Source: Candidatus Micrarchaeota archaeon
GTDB taxonomy: Archaea; Micrarchaeota; Micrarchaeia; Micrarchaeales; CABMGC01
Direction of reading: 5' to 3'
Assembly: GCA_021803945.1 (NCBI GenBank)
Contig: JAJZKW010000002.1
Coordinates: 1,734-65,733, forward strand
DNA: 64,000 bases
Part shown: piece after piece, positions 16,309 to 26,217 of the stretch
Numbering within the stretch: position 1 is the stretch's first letter
How the letters are laid out: every line of letters starts with the position of its first letter
Translations under genes and position numbers: made by a program
The notes under the pieces: model-generated
What the model was told of the DNA's origin: nothing
The model's database searches: none
The model's input: only the letters and a program-made list of their open reading frames with translations

Positions 16309-17562
16309 ATGGACGCCCTTGATGTAGACTCCATAAGAAAGGACTTTCCGATACTCGGCACCAAGGTAAACGGCAAACCTCTCATCTACCTCGACAGCGC
16401 AGCAACCTCTCAGAAGCCCAGCTCCGTAATAGAGGCAGTGGACTACTACTACAAGAATTACAATGCAAACATACACAGGGGGCTATACGAACTCTCGATA
16501 AAATCGACAGAGGAGTACGAGAGGTCGAAGGAGCTGGCGGCAAAGTTCATAAACGCCGAATCGTACAGGGAGATAATATACTGCAGGAACGCTACAGACG
16601 CAATAAACATAGTATCGCTATCCTGGGGCGAATCCGGCATATCTGCAGGAGACCGCATACTCATAACTGACATGGAGCATCACAGCAACATAGTGCCCTG
16701 GCTGGAGCTTGCAAAGAGGAAGAAGGCCGTCCTGGACCACGTCGGCCTCGAAGCCGGCTCGTATATAGACATGGAAGACTTCAAGAGGAAACTCGAATCA
16801 AGGCCCAAGATGGTCGCGTTCACAAACGCATCGAATGTCCTGGGTACAATAAACGATGCAAAGAAGATGGCAAGGCTAGCGCACGAAGCCGGAGCAACGG
16901 TCCTTGTGGACTGCGCGCAGACCTCGCCCCACATGGCCCTGGACGTAAGGGACATGGACTGCGACTTCGCCGCGTTCTCAAGCCATAAGATGCTTGGGCC
17001 ATCGGGAATCGGGATACTTTACGGGAAGGCTGCGCTCCTGGAGCAGATAACTCCTGCGATAGTAGGCAGCGACATGATAAGGTCAGTCACGTTCGATTCC
17101 GCAGTCTGGAACGAGCTTCCATGGAAGTTCGAGTCAGGCACACCGAACATCGAAGGCGCAATAGGCTTCGGAGCCGCAATAGAATACCTCAACAAGACAG
17201 GTATGCAAAGGATCAGGCAGCACGAGATCGATATAACGAAGTACGCCATGAAGAGGTTAAGCGAGGTACCAGGAGTGAGCGTCTTCGGCCCGGGGATGGG
17301 CGAACCGGAAAGGCGAGTCGGAGTCATATCCTTCAAGATCGCAGGGGCGCATCCCCATGATGTCGCTCAGATATTCAACAGCGAGGGAATAGCCATACGC
17401 GCAGGGCACCACTGCGCCATGCCACTTGTCACGCAGGTCGTGGGAGAACCGGCAGTATCTAGGATGAGCTTCTATCTATATAACAATAAAGAGGAGGTTG
17501 ACAAGGCGATTGATGCTATAACGAAGGTGAAGAAAGTCCTCAGGCTCGACGGGAAAGAGTAG
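16309..17562 (+). CDS. sufS: Cysteine desulfurase SufS (class V aminotransferase, group II)
   Basis: PLP lysine motif SSHKMLGPSGIG, active-site loop RAGHHCA, and abutting start with sufC. Confidence 0.9.
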   Translation: MDALDVDSIRKDFPILGTKVNGKPLIYLDSAATSQKPSSVIEAVDYYYKNYNANIHRGLYELSIKSTEEYERSKELAAKFINAESYREIIYCRNATDAINIVSLSWGESGISAGDRILITDMEHHSNIVPWLELAKRKKAVLDHVGLEAGSYIDMEDFKRKLESRPKMVAFTNASNVLGTINDAKKMARLAHEAGATVLVDCAQTSPHMALDVRDMDCDFAAFSSHKMLGPSGIGILYGKAALLEQITPAIVGSDMIRSVTFDSAVWNELPWKFESGTPNIEGAIGFGAAIEYLNKTGMQRIRQHEIDITKYAMKRLSEVPGVSVFGPGMGEPERRVGVISFKIAGAHPHDVAQIFNSEGIAIRAGHHCAMPLVTQVVGEPAVSRMSFYLYNNKEEVDKAIDAITKVKKVLRLDGKE

Positions 17563-17585
17563 CATAAAGGATCAAAGCGCAAAGC

Positions 17586-18206
17586 TTACGAGCCGTAATA
17601 TTCATGCTTGCCTAGCACAAGGGCTATTATGTCTTCGAAGTCGACATGCACCTTCTGCTCCCTTTCCACTGACAGTCCGCGCAGGTTTATTGTGCCCCTG
17701 AGCTTTTCAAGGTCTCCAAGGGAGCTTACTACAAGTATTATCTTTCCATATGCCTTCAGGAAATCCGTTGCGCTATCTATGAACTTCTCAGATACCTCGA
17801 TTCCCTTTTCCCCTCCGTACCAGGCCTCGGATAGCTTCATATCGTCCCCGTCCGGTAGATAAGGCGCATTGAATATTATCATATCGAACATGCCTTCCAC
17901 GTTCGAGAACAGGTCGCTCTTCACGACTTCACATTCAGCAGATATCCTATCTGAATTCCTCCGTATATTTTCCTTGCACAGTTCAAGCGCATCGTCATTT
18001 ATGTCAGCGAAGACAACACGTTTCACGTTTGCGTTAGATGCAGCAACGAGTCCGAGGATGCCGCTCCCGCACCCGATTTCGAGAACTTCCACTCCGCCTT
18101 CCATACTGTCAAGCTCCTCTCTGATCATATCGGCCGCAAGGAAGGAGTCCTCAGCCGGAATGTAGACATTGTCATTGGTCAGGATGTCCAGTCCGGCGTA
18201 TTCCAT
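17586..18206 (-). CDS. HemK-related / Mtq2-like N5-glutamine methyltransferase
   Basis: SAM motif LEIGCGSGILG and the substrate motif NAPYLP (an NPPY variant). At 206 aa it matches the archaeal hemK-related family. Confidence 0.7.
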   Translation of the reverse strand: MEYAGLDILTNDNVYIPAEDSFLAADMIREELDSMEGGVEVLEIGCGSGILGLVAASNANVKRVVFADINDDALELCKENIRRNSDRISAECEVVKSDLFSNVEGMFDMIIFNAPYLPDGDDMKLSEAWYGGEKGIEVSEKFIDSATDFLKAYGKIILVVSSLGDLEKLRGTINLRGLSVEREQKVHVDFEDIIALVLGKHEYYGS

Positions 18207-18323
18207 GAAATTATTGCGATATAAAACTATAAAAGACTAAAAGTAAGGCCGTTCTGCGGACCAAGAGGCTAAAATACGAATATATACCTTTCATGCGTCA
18301 TTAAAATGTAACGGGCGCTGCCT

Positions 18324-20096
18324 ATGCTGTTCGATGAAGTTTCAAGGTATTATGAAAGGCTTGAGAATACTTCCTCAAGGCTGGCTATGGTTGACATACT
18401 CTCCGAGCTCTTCTCAAAGGCAAGGCCCGATGAGATTAAGAACCTTATATACATGACGCAGGGAGTGTTGGCACCGTCATTCGAGGGCGTGCAGATTGGC
18501 ATGGCCGAGAAGTTCACTGAGGCCGCTATAGCAATGGCTAGTGGATACTCAAAGGAGGACTCCATTGCAAGCTTCAGGAAGACCGGGGATATGGGTCTTA
18601 CTGCAGAGGAATTCATAAAGAAGGGAAAGCTCAGGACTCTGTCCAGGAAGGAACTTGAGGTCAACTACGTCTTCGAATCCATGCTTAAGATTGCAGGCAC
18701 ATCTGGCCATGGCAGCCAGGAGTCAAAGATAAAGATGCTAGTCGAGCTCCTGGCATCAGCATCTCCGCTGGAGGCCAGGTACATGACAAGATTCGCCCTA
18801 GGCACGCTCAGGCTGGGTGCTGGTGATGCAACCATACTAGAGTCTCTATCAAAGGCATATACCGGCGACAGGAACGCAAAACCGAAGCTGGAGAACGCCT
18901 ACAACATCTGCAATGACTTGGGGAGGGTCGGGCAGACGCTCAGCGAAAAGGGAATTCCAGGGATAGAGCGTCTCAAAGTTTCGCTTTTCAGTCCGATAAG
19001 ACCAGCACTGGCAGAGAGGTTGCCTACAGCTGATGCGATACTGGAGAGGATGGGCGGGAAATGCGCGATAGAGTCAAAGTATGACGGATTCAGGGTACAG
19101 GTTCACATCGACAGGAAGAAAAAGAAGGTGGAGATGTTCTCAAGGAACCTTGAAAAGACAACAGAGATGTTCCCCGACCTTGCAAAAGCCGCACTGCTGG
19201 AGGTAAGGGCAGCAGAGGCGATACTGGAGGGCGAGGCGCTTGCATATGACGACACAACAGGAGAGTTCAGGCCATTCCAGGAAACCATACAGCGAAAGAG
19301 GAAGCACGATATAGCCGAAAAGAGCGCAGCCTTCCCGCTCCATCTCTTTGCGTTCGACCTGATGTACCTCGATGGGGAGGACTATCTCGGGAAGCCATAC
19401 GAAGAGAGAAGGGAGAAGCTAGAGTCGATAATAAAGGGGGACGGCACAATAAGATTCTCGGACAGGATAATCGCGACTACCCCAAGGCAGATAGACAAAT
19501 ACTTCGAGGAGGCCGTAGAGAGCGGCCTTGAAGGGATAGTTGCCAAGGACCTTCATGCACCATACATCGCAGGCGCGAGGAAATTCAGCTGGATAAAGCT
19601 AAAGAGAAGCTACAAGGGCGAGCTCTCAGATACCGTTGACCTCGTAATACTCGGATATTACCTAGGGAAGGGGCAGCGCACCGAATTCGGGTTCGGCGGC
19701 CTGCTGGCAGGCACATACAACGAGAATAGGGACGTCTTCGAAACGATAACCAGGATAGGCACGGGATTCTCAGAGAAGCAGATGGAGACCCTCGGCAGCA
19801 TTCTCAGGAAGATAAAGGTTGCCAGGAGGCCGGCAAGGGTCGACGCGCTTATAGAGCCACACTTCTGGGTCGAGCCGAAATATGTTGTGACAGTGCGCGC
19901 AGACGAGATAACGAGATCGCCCACGCACACCTGCGGAAAACCCGAAGGAAAGCCAGACGAGCCTGGATTCGCGCTGAGATTCCCCAGGCTCGTAAGCGAC
20001 GGAGTCAGGGAGGATAAGGGAGCAGAGGACGCTACAACTACAAAGGAGATAGCCGAAATGTATAATATGCAGAAGAAGGTAAAGGTAACTGATTGA
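18324..20096 (+). CDS. lig: ATP-dependent DNA ligase
   Basis: 590 aa with the adenylation motif ESKYDGFRVQVH (KxDG), EGIVAK, and the C-terminal OB motif FPRL. Confidence 0.92.
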   Translation: MLFDEVSRYYERLENTSSRLAMVDILSELFSKARPDEIKNLIYMTQGVLAPSFEGVQIGMAEKFTEAAIAMASGYSKEDSIASFRKTGDMGLTAEEFIKKGKLRTLSRKELEVNYVFESMLKIAGTSGHGSQESKIKMLVELLASASPLEARYMTRFALGTLRLGAGDATILESLSKAYTGDRNAKPKLENAYNICNDLGRVGQTLSEKGIPGIERLKVSLFSPIRPALAERLPTADAILERMGGKCAIESKYDGFRVQVHIDRKKKKVEMFSRNLEKTTEMFPDLAKAALLEVRAAEAILEGEALAYDDTTGEFRPFQETIQRKRKHDIAEKSAAFPLHLFAFDLMYLDGEDYLGKPYEERREKLESIIKGDGTIRFSDRIIATTPRQIDKYFEEAVESGLEGIVAKDLHAPYIAGARKFSWIKLKRSYKGELSDTVDLVILGYYLGKGQRTEFGFGGLLAGTYNENRDVFETITRIGTGFSEKQMETLGSILRKIKVARRPARVDALIEPHFWVEPKYVVTVRADEITRSPTHTCGKPEGKPDEPGFALRFPRLVSDGVREDKGAEDATTTKEIAEMYNMQKKVKVTD

Positions 20097-20100
20097 TCTT

Positions 20101-20703
20101 ATGCACAAAGTCCAGGATAGGACAAAGGCCGCGTACGACAGGATTGCAGCAGAATATGCCAGAACGTTCTTCGATTTCTCACTGATGAGCAAACAGTATG
20201 ACAAATTCAAATCCCTCTGCAGCAAGGGATCGCTCATACTTGATATCGGATGCGGACCGGGGAGGGATGTGAAATATTTTTCCGACAACGGCTACAAGGT
20301 TGTCGGTATAGAATACTCTGCAGGCATGCTGGCCCAGGCAAGAAGGATGGTGCCAGAAGCCGATTTCAGGGAGATGGATATGCGCAGGCTAGGGTTTAAG
20401 AATGGTTCGTTCGATGCGGTCTGGGCCAATGCCTCCCTCCATCATCTTCCAAAGGATCAGGCAGAGACTGCAGTCAAGGAGATGGCAAGGGTACTAAAAC
20501 GGGGCGGAATAGTATACCTCAGCGTGATAAATGGGCCTGGAAAAGATGCGCATGAGATCAATGAGGACGGCAGGCAGTTCTTTTCATACAGGCTCGAAGA
20601 GCTCGAAAAGCTCCTCGATAAAAACGGACTAAAGATGGTGGACGGCTATGTCACTGAAGGCTTCGGAGGGGATTGGGTAGAGGTCTTTGCAAGAAAAGTC
20701 TAG
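20101..20703 (+). CDS. Class I SAM-dependent methyltransferase
   Basis: LDIGCGPGRD motif I and the acidic loop IEYS. Substrate unknown. Confidence 0.75.
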   Translation: MHKVQDRTKAAYDRIAAEYARTFFDFSLMSKQYDKFKSLCSKGSLILDIGCGPGRDVKYFSDNGYKVVGIEYSAGMLAQARRMVPEADFREMDMRRLGFKNGSFDAVWANASLHHLPKDQAETAVKEMARVLKRGGIVYLSVINGPGKDAHEINEDGRQFFSYRLEELEKLLDKNGLKMVDGYVTEGFGGDWVEVFARKV

Positions 20704-21029
20704 ATCGCGCCCTCCTTCCTGAGCATCTGCATCTTTTTCTTCGTCCCTCCGGGTGCAGAATATCTGCCCAGTTCCCCGTTGCTCCTTATCACCCTATGGC
20801 ATGGTATTGCCGGAGCAAGAGGATTTGCCTTAAGCGCGCTTCCCACCGCCCTGTATGCTTTTGGGTGCCCTATAGCAGCCGCAATCTGCTTGTAGGTCAT
20901 CGTTTTCCCCCTGGGTATGTCAAGCGTTTCGCGAAGAACTGCCGTCTGAAAATCGGTCATATTGTACTTTGCAAGCCTCCTGACAAGCTCCTGCTTTCTT
21001 TGACTGCGCATAATCATATATGCATGCAT
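20700..21029 (-). CDS. ogt: Methylated-DNA-protein-cysteine methyltransferase, short (C-terminal domain only) form
   Basis: Active site IPCHRVI and the HTH segment YKQIAAAIGHPKAYRAVG. The 4-nt convergent overlap with the methyltransferase leaves the N-terminal start ambiguous. Confidence 0.8.
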   Translation of the reverse strand: MHAYMIMRSQRKQELVRRLAKYNMTDFQTAVLRETLDIPRGKTMTYKQIAAAIGHPKAYRAVGSALKANPLAPAIPCHRVIRSNGELGRYSAPGGTKKKMQMLRKEGAI

Positions 21030-21196
21030 AGATTTCTATAATTTGGCTTTATCTTCCACTACCTTTTGATGTAGTTCCACAATTCATCCTTTACTTAAGT
21101 ATCTATTCTTATATCTGCAGCTAAGCTGTTCCTCTACTAAAAACACAACATAAGATATTTAAATATATACCTGAGTATTATCTAATCGGCGATCAC

Positions 21197-22243
21197 ATGG
21201 TAGAATTCGGCACAGACTTTTCGAGTACAAGCGAGGAGAGCGCGAGCGGCGCTCCACAAATAAAGATAGTCACAATCGGGGTTGGAGGAGGAGGGAACAA
21301 CACAATCAACAGGCTTCTCAAGGTAGGAGTCAAGGGAACCGAGCTTGTTGCTGTGAACACTGATGTTACACACTTCAAAATAGTCGACGACAGGATCAAA
21401 AAAGTGCTTATTGGAAAGGCGCTTACAAGAGGACTGGGTGCAGGCGGAGCTCCTGAAGTAGGCGCAAAGGCCGCAGAGGCCGACAGGCAGGTGCTTGAGG
21501 AGATTCTGGGAGGCGCACAGCTTGTATTTCTTTGCGCAGGCATGGGCGGAGGCACAGGAACAGGCGCAATACCTGTAATCGCGCAGATCGCGAAGGAACA
21601 GGGCGCAATAGTGGTCGCAATGGTAACCTATCCATTCGATCTTGAGAGAGTGAGGAAGGTAAAGGCAGAGGAAGGCATACAGAAGCTCAGGAAGTTCAGC
21701 GACAGCGTGATACTCCTTGACAACAACAGGCTGGTGAAGCTTGTGCCAAACCTGCCAATGAACGAGGCTTTCGCAGTTGCGGATGACATACTCGCAAAGG
21801 CGATAGGCGGACTTGTCTGGACCATAACTCAGCCGAGCCTGATCAACATAGACTTCGCAGATGTAAGGTCAATAATGGGAAACGGGGATGTAGGCTTCAT
21901 ATCAGTGGGAACAGGCAAGGGAAACGACAAAGTGACCTCTGCTGCCGATTCCGTACTGAAGAACAAGCTTCTTGATGTTGACTTCGAGAATGCGAAGGGT
22001 GCCCTCATACACATATCAGGCGCATCAGACCTTAGCCTGGGCGACGCCATAAAGGCCGGAGAGATCATAACCGAGAGGATGGATCCAAAGGCCAACGTGA
22101 AATGGGGCGCCAGGATCATACCAGGGTATGAAGGCCAGCTGGAGATAGTGGCCATAGTCACCGGAGTCAAGGGCGCGAGCATAGTCGGAAAATTCTCCGA
22201 TGAGCCGCAGCAGGTCAAATACGGCGGGCTCGACATGATATGA
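21197..22243 (+). CDS. ftsZ: Cell division GTPase FtsZ (paralog 1)
   Basis: GVGGGGNN, the tubulin signature GMGGGTGTG, and the T7 loop NLD/NID. Confidence 0.92.
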   Translation: MVEFGTDFSSTSEESASGAPQIKIVTIGVGGGGNNTINRLLKVGVKGTELVAVNTDVTHFKIVDDRIKKVLIGKALTRGLGAGGAPEVGAKAAEADRQVLEEILGGAQLVFLCAGMGGGTGTGAIPVIAQIAKEQGAIVVAMVTYPFDLERVRKVKAEEGIQKLRKFSDSVILLDNNRLVKLVPNLPMNEAFAVADDILAKAIGGLVWTITQPSLINIDFADVRSIMGNGDVGFISVGTGKGNDKVTSAADSVLKNKLLDVDFENAKGALIHISGASDLSLGDAIKAGEIITERMDPKANVKWGARIIPGYEGQLEIVAIVTGVKGASIVGKFSDEPQQVKYGGLDMI

Positions 22244-22270
22244 GGGCCTGTTGTTTGATATTTGGTGAAT

Positions 22271-23293
22271 ATGATGGCAGACCAGTTTGATTACGATGCA
22301 TTCACCCCGAAAGTAGCGGTGGTGGGTGTCGGAGGGCAAGGGAGCAACCTAGTTAACAGGCTGTTCAACTATGGCATAAAGAGCGCGGATACGATAGCTA
22401 TCAATACTGACATAGGGCATCTCAACATGATAAAGGCCCACAAGAAGCTATTGATAGGCAAGAACATAACCAACGGGCTTGGCGCAGGAGGATTTCCCGA
22501 AGTGGCTGCAAAATGCGCAGACATCAGCAGGGGCGAGATAGAGGAGCTTCTCGGCGGATACAATCTGATCTTCCTGGCGGCAGGCATGGGTGGAGGCACA
22601 GGTACAGGCGCGGCTCCGACAGTTGCAAGGATTGCAATGGAAACAGGGGCTACAGTGATCGCCACAGTGACATACCCATTCTCGCTTGAAAGGAGCAGGA
22701 GGTTCAAGGCAGACTGGGGCCTTGAGCAGCTGAACAAGGAAGCAGACTGCACGATAGTGATAGAGAACGACAAGCTGCTGTCATACGTGCCTAACCTTCC
22801 GATAGAAAAGGCGTTTGAGGTTGTTGACAATGTTACAGGCAATGCCGTTAAGGGCATAGCGGACACGATAACCCTACCTAGCCTGATCAACCTGGACTTC
22901 GCAGACCTTAAGAACGTCGTGAGGAATACTGGAACGGCGGTGATAAGCCTCGGATACGGGAGGGGCACTGACAGGGTGGCACAGGCAATCAAGTCCACAA
23001 GGTCGCATCCGCTGCTCAGCGTTGACTATGACGGGGCCAAGGGCGGATTGATACACGTGGTCGGAGGATCAAATCTGACCATAAGCGAGGCTACAGAGAT
23101 AGGCGAAGGCGTAACGGACGGCCTTGCCGGAAATGCCAATGTGATCTTCGGGGCCAGGATGGCTCCAGAGCTGAGGGACGAGATCCATGTCATGTCAGTA
23201 GTGACTGGAGTCAAGGCCAAGTTCGGCGAAAAGAGGAACACCGAGGAGGCAGTCTCCGCGCTGAGCGTAGAGACCATAGGCAGGATATATTGA
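22271..23293 (+). CDS. ftsZ: Cell division GTPase FtsZ (paralog 2)
   Basis: GVGGQGSN, GMGGGTGTG and INLDFADL. ATG 22271 is preferred to TTG 22262. Confidence 0.9.
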   Translation: MMADQFDYDAFTPKVAVVGVGGQGSNLVNRLFNYGIKSADTIAINTDIGHLNMIKAHKKLLIGKNITNGLGAGGFPEVAAKCADISRGEIEELLGGYNLIFLAAGMGGGTGTGAAPTVARIAMETGATVIATVTYPFSLERSRRFKADWGLEQLNKEADCTIVIENDKLLSYVPNLPIEKAFEVVDNVTGNAVKGIADTITLPSLINLDFADLKNVVRNTGTAVISLGYGRGTDRVAQAIKSTRSHPLLSVDYDGAKGGLIHVVGGSNLTISEATEIGEGVTDGLAGNANVIFGARMAPELRDEIHVMSVVTGVKAKFGEKRNTEEAVSALSVETIGRIY

Positions 23294-23403
23294 ATCTAGG
23301 GGCCGGACAGGCTCCCTATCCATTCTTCCCTATGCACTAGCTTCTTTTTTGCGGATAGCAAAAGCTTTTTAACTTTCAATATTTATGAACTAAGAGTGAT
23401 TAG

Positions 23404-23811
23404 GTGCCAGACGATATAACTTACGGATCAATGAAGGACCTGAAGCCCGGGAGGTTCCTGCTGATAGACGGAGTGCCTTGCAGGGTGGTTGAGATAGATA
23501 CGTCATCGCCTGGCAAGCACGGCGCCGCGAAGATGAGGATAACGGCTGTTGGGATCTTCGACGGTTCGAAGAAGACGCTCCTTAAGCCGAGCTCTGCAGA
23601 CATAGAGGTGCCTGTGATAAGCAAGAAGAAGGCCCAGGTTGTGTCGATCACAGAAAACCTTGTGCAGGTGATGGACCTCGATACGTACGATACGTACGAA
23701 GTCCCGATGCCCGAGGAGCTTAAAGGCTCGCTGAAGCAGGGATCCGAGGTAGAGATCATGGAGAGCATGAACAGGAGGATAATATCAAGAGTGATGAGCG
23801 GAGGTAATTAG
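23404..23811 (+). CDS. Translation initiation factor 5A (aIF5A)
   Basis: Hypusine-site loop SSPGKHGAAK. GTG 23404 lies about 20 nt downstream of a TATA-like box; ATG 23431 is an alternative start. Confidence 0.88.
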   Translation: MPDDITYGSMKDLKPGRFLLIDGVPCRVVEIDTSSPGKHGAAKMRITAVGIFDGSKKTLLKPSSADIEVPVISKKKAQVVSITENLVQVMDLDTYDTYEVPMPEELKGSLKQGSEVEIMESMNRRIISRVMSGGN

Positions 23812-24114
23812 ATGGAACTGAAGATAACCAACGATTATGAGAACAAGCTCCTAGGGAGGAGGGAGATAAGGGCGTATGCAGTATACTCTGACAAGACGCC
23901 CACCAAGGCCGAGGTGAAGGAAGAGGTGTGCAAGAAGCTCAGCATGGACCCGGACCTTGTGGAGATAAGGGAGATAAAGCAGCAATACGGGCTGATGGCA
24001 AGCGACATAACTGCCTATTCCTATTCAAGCAGGGAGATAATGGACAAGCTCTTCAAGAAGAGGGGCAAGAAGGGCGCTACCAAGGAGGCGAAGAGCGGAG
24101 CAACGGCTACATAA
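23812..24114 (+). CDS. rps24e: 30S ribosomal protein S24e
   Basis: N.LL.RRE pattern (NKLLGRREI) and the ...P.K.E.......L... layout. It starts directly after the aIF5A stop. Confidence 0.9.
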   Translation: MELKITNDYENKLLGRREIRAYAVYSDKTPTKAEVKEEVCKKLSMDPDLVEIREIKQQYGLMASDITAYSYSSREIMDKLFKKRGKKGATKEAKSGATAT

Positions 24115-24124
24115 GGTGCAATAG

Positions 24125-24289
24125 ATGGCAGAAGACAAAAAAGAGGAGAAGAAAAAGAAGCAGCCAGGTTTCAGGTACGTTCCAGGGACCAAGTTCTGCT
24201 CAAAATGCGGAGCCAAGATGGCAACGCACAAAGACAGATACTCGTGCGGAAGGTGTGCCTACACCGAGTGGAAGAGCAAAGGTCAGTGA
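24125..24289 (+). CDS. rps27ae: 30S ribosomal protein S27ae (eS31 zinc-ribbon domain)
   Basis: Not on the ORF track because it is under 60 aa. Hand translation gives [54 protein letters not shown], with a CxxC...CxxC ribbon. The rps24e-rps27ae order is the conserved archaeal one. Confidence 0.8.
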   Translation: MAEDKKEEKKKKQPGFRYVPGTKFCSKCGAKMATHKDRYSCGRCAYTEWKSKGQ

Positions 24290-24994
24290 ATGCCCAAGCC
24301 AGCCGGGAAGAAGAGCCTAGCTGACAGCCTGATATCAGCCGCAATCCTGGTATTCATATACCTGGTGGTGGGATTCGCCCTTAACCTGCTCGTCGCCCTG
24401 ATCTACCAGTCAGGCTATCTTGGATACAACAATTCCAGGTTCCTGTCAGACGTGGCAAGCCTGCTCTCATTGTCCATAGCAGTGATATTATACCTGTTGC
24501 TGTTCAAGAGGCTGAGCTTCAGAAAGGCTGTGCAGGGCCTCGGGTTCTCCCAGAAGAAGGGCGCCAAGAGAACCGGCAAGGTGAGGCTGGTGTGGCTCGG
24601 CCTCGCAATCTTCATTGCAATATTCATATTCGAGATGGCTGTGGGGCTGATAGGGCAGGCGACCAACACGCAGATAAACACCAACGTGAGCGCAGTGCTT
24701 GCAGGCGCGCCGCTGTGGTTCTACATCTACTCGGCAATAATAGAGCCCATAAACGAGGAGATCTTCTTCAGGGGCTTCCTTGTTCCGAGGATAGGCATCC
24801 TGGCAAGCTCGCTGATCTTCGGGTTCGCGCATTATACGTACTATTCCACATTCGGTATAGAGGTAATAGCCGCATTCACGTTCGGCACCCTGGCAGGATA
24901 TGTCTTCAAGAAGACCAGGTCGATATACCCTGGCATAATCGCGCACATACTGGTGAACAGCCTGGCAGTCATAGTAATGCTGGCGATAGCCTGA
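24290..24994 (+). CDS. CPBP-family intramembrane glutamic endopeptidase (CAAX protease/Abi-like)
   Basis: Multi-TM protein with the three family motifs EEIFFRG, FGFAHY and HILVN. Confidence 0.8.
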   Translation: MPKPAGKKSLADSLISAAILVFIYLVVGFALNLLVALIYQSGYLGYNNSRFLSDVASLLSLSIAVILYLLLFKRLSFRKAVQGLGFSQKKGAKRTGKVRLVWLGLAIFIAIFIFEMAVGLIGQATNTQINTNVSAVLAGAPLWFYIYSAIIEPINEEIFFRGFLVPRIGILASSLIFGFAHYTYYSTFGIEVIAAFTFGTLAGYVFKKTRSIYPGIIAHILVNSLAVIVMLAIA

Positions 24995-25003
24995 GGAAGC
25001 ACC

Positions 25004-25687
25004 ATGAGGTTCAAGATAATAATAGTAGAGCCGAGGTACCAGATAAACCTAGGCTATATAGCAAGGGTATCAAAGAACTTCGGTGTCAGGAGGCTCTTCC
25101 TGGTAAATCCGAGGACCAAGATCGGAGGAAGGGCCATAATGTTCTCAAAGCACGCGAAGGATCTTCTCCTGAACGCAAAGGTATACAAGAGCCTTGAGCA
25201 GGCGGTAGCCGGATGCGACGTGGTGATAGGTACAACGGGGATATGGAGGAAGGCCAGGGTGAGCTTCAAGGATGTCTATATGGTTGACAAGGCCATAGAG
25301 AGGCTTCAGAAGATGAAAGGAGACAAGATTGCTGCAATACTAATAGGCAGGGATGACACAGGCCTGAAGAAGGACGAGATAGAGAGGTGCGACATGGTGG
25401 CTTACATAGGCACAAACCCTGAATATCCAGTGCTCAACATCTCTCACGCCCTTGGAATAATGCTCTACCTGCTTAACTCCAAGAACTTCAAGCCTGTATA
25501 CGACGATGCTTCAGCGAGGAGGGCCGACAGGGACGAGCTCGAGCATCTCTTCAGGATATTCAATGACACTGTTGAAAAGAAAAGGATAAGGAACAAGAAG
25601 GCCGTAAGGAACATCTTCAGGCGCCTGGTGTACACCTCCCAGCCGAACAGGCAGGAGATACACGCCCTGATATCCGCCCTCAAGTAA
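25004..25687 (+). CDS. SPOUT (TrmH/TrmJ-type) RNA 2'-O-methyltransferase
   Basis: N-terminal IIIVEPRYQINLGYIARVSKNFG and the C-terminal knot motif NISHALGIMLY. Confidence 0.72.
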   Translation: MRFKIIIVEPRYQINLGYIARVSKNFGVRRLFLVNPRTKIGGRAIMFSKHAKDLLLNAKVYKSLEQAVAGCDVVIGTTGIWRKARVSFKDVYMVDKAIERLQKMKGDKIAAILIGRDDTGLKKDEIERCDMVAYIGTNPEYPVLNISHALGIMLYLLNSKNFKPVYDDASARRADRDELEHLFRIFNDTVEKKRIRNKKAVRNIFRRLVYTSQPNRQEIHALISALK

Positions 25688-25737
25688 ACTAAGCTACCAG
25701 GCCATGGGATGCGGGCTTCCTATTCCAGATTAGGAGG

Positions 25738-26103
25738 CTACTGCTTCTTCCTCTTTATTATCTTCACTTTTGCAGGCGTTATGAGTATCCTTGTGGCGTC
25801 TATCTGGCCGATGTCCCCGTTCAGCTTCTCGACGTAAGCCTTCAGCGCAGTCACGACATTCTTGAGCGTAGTGGGCCTCTTGTTCAGTTCGCTCACATCA
25901 AGGAGGATTATGTTCTTCTTGGATATCTCGTCCTGTATCGCCCTTACTTCATCCTCGCTGGATATGGAAACCGGCTTTACGTACATGTCCGCAGGCTCGT
26001 GCAGCAAGTCGACATTCTCCATCTCCACGGAATTCATGTATTCCTCTATATTTATCTCTTTGTTCGAGCCAAACGCCTGGCCAAGCTTGTCAAAAACTCC
26101 CAT
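25738..26103 (-). CDS. sepF: Cell division protein SepF (DUF552)
   Basis: 121 aa with a short N-terminal amphipathic segment MGVFDKLGQAFG and the SepF core (ILLDVSEL...GDIGQID...LITPAKVKI). Confidence 0.8.
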   Translation of the reverse strand: MGVFDKLGQAFGSNKEINIEEYMNSVEMENVDLLHEPADMYVKPVSISSEDEVRAIQDEISKKNIILLDVSELNKRPTTLKNVVTALKAYVEKLNGDIGQIDATRILITPAKVKIIKRKKQ

Positions 26104-26217
26104 GTTAATTCACTAGTCGCCTTTAACGACTGCATATTCATGCGCGAATCATTTTTATAATACTTTCCCTTGGTCCTTTTTATCTGCCGTCCGGTTTTGC
26201 GTATACAAAAACCGTCT

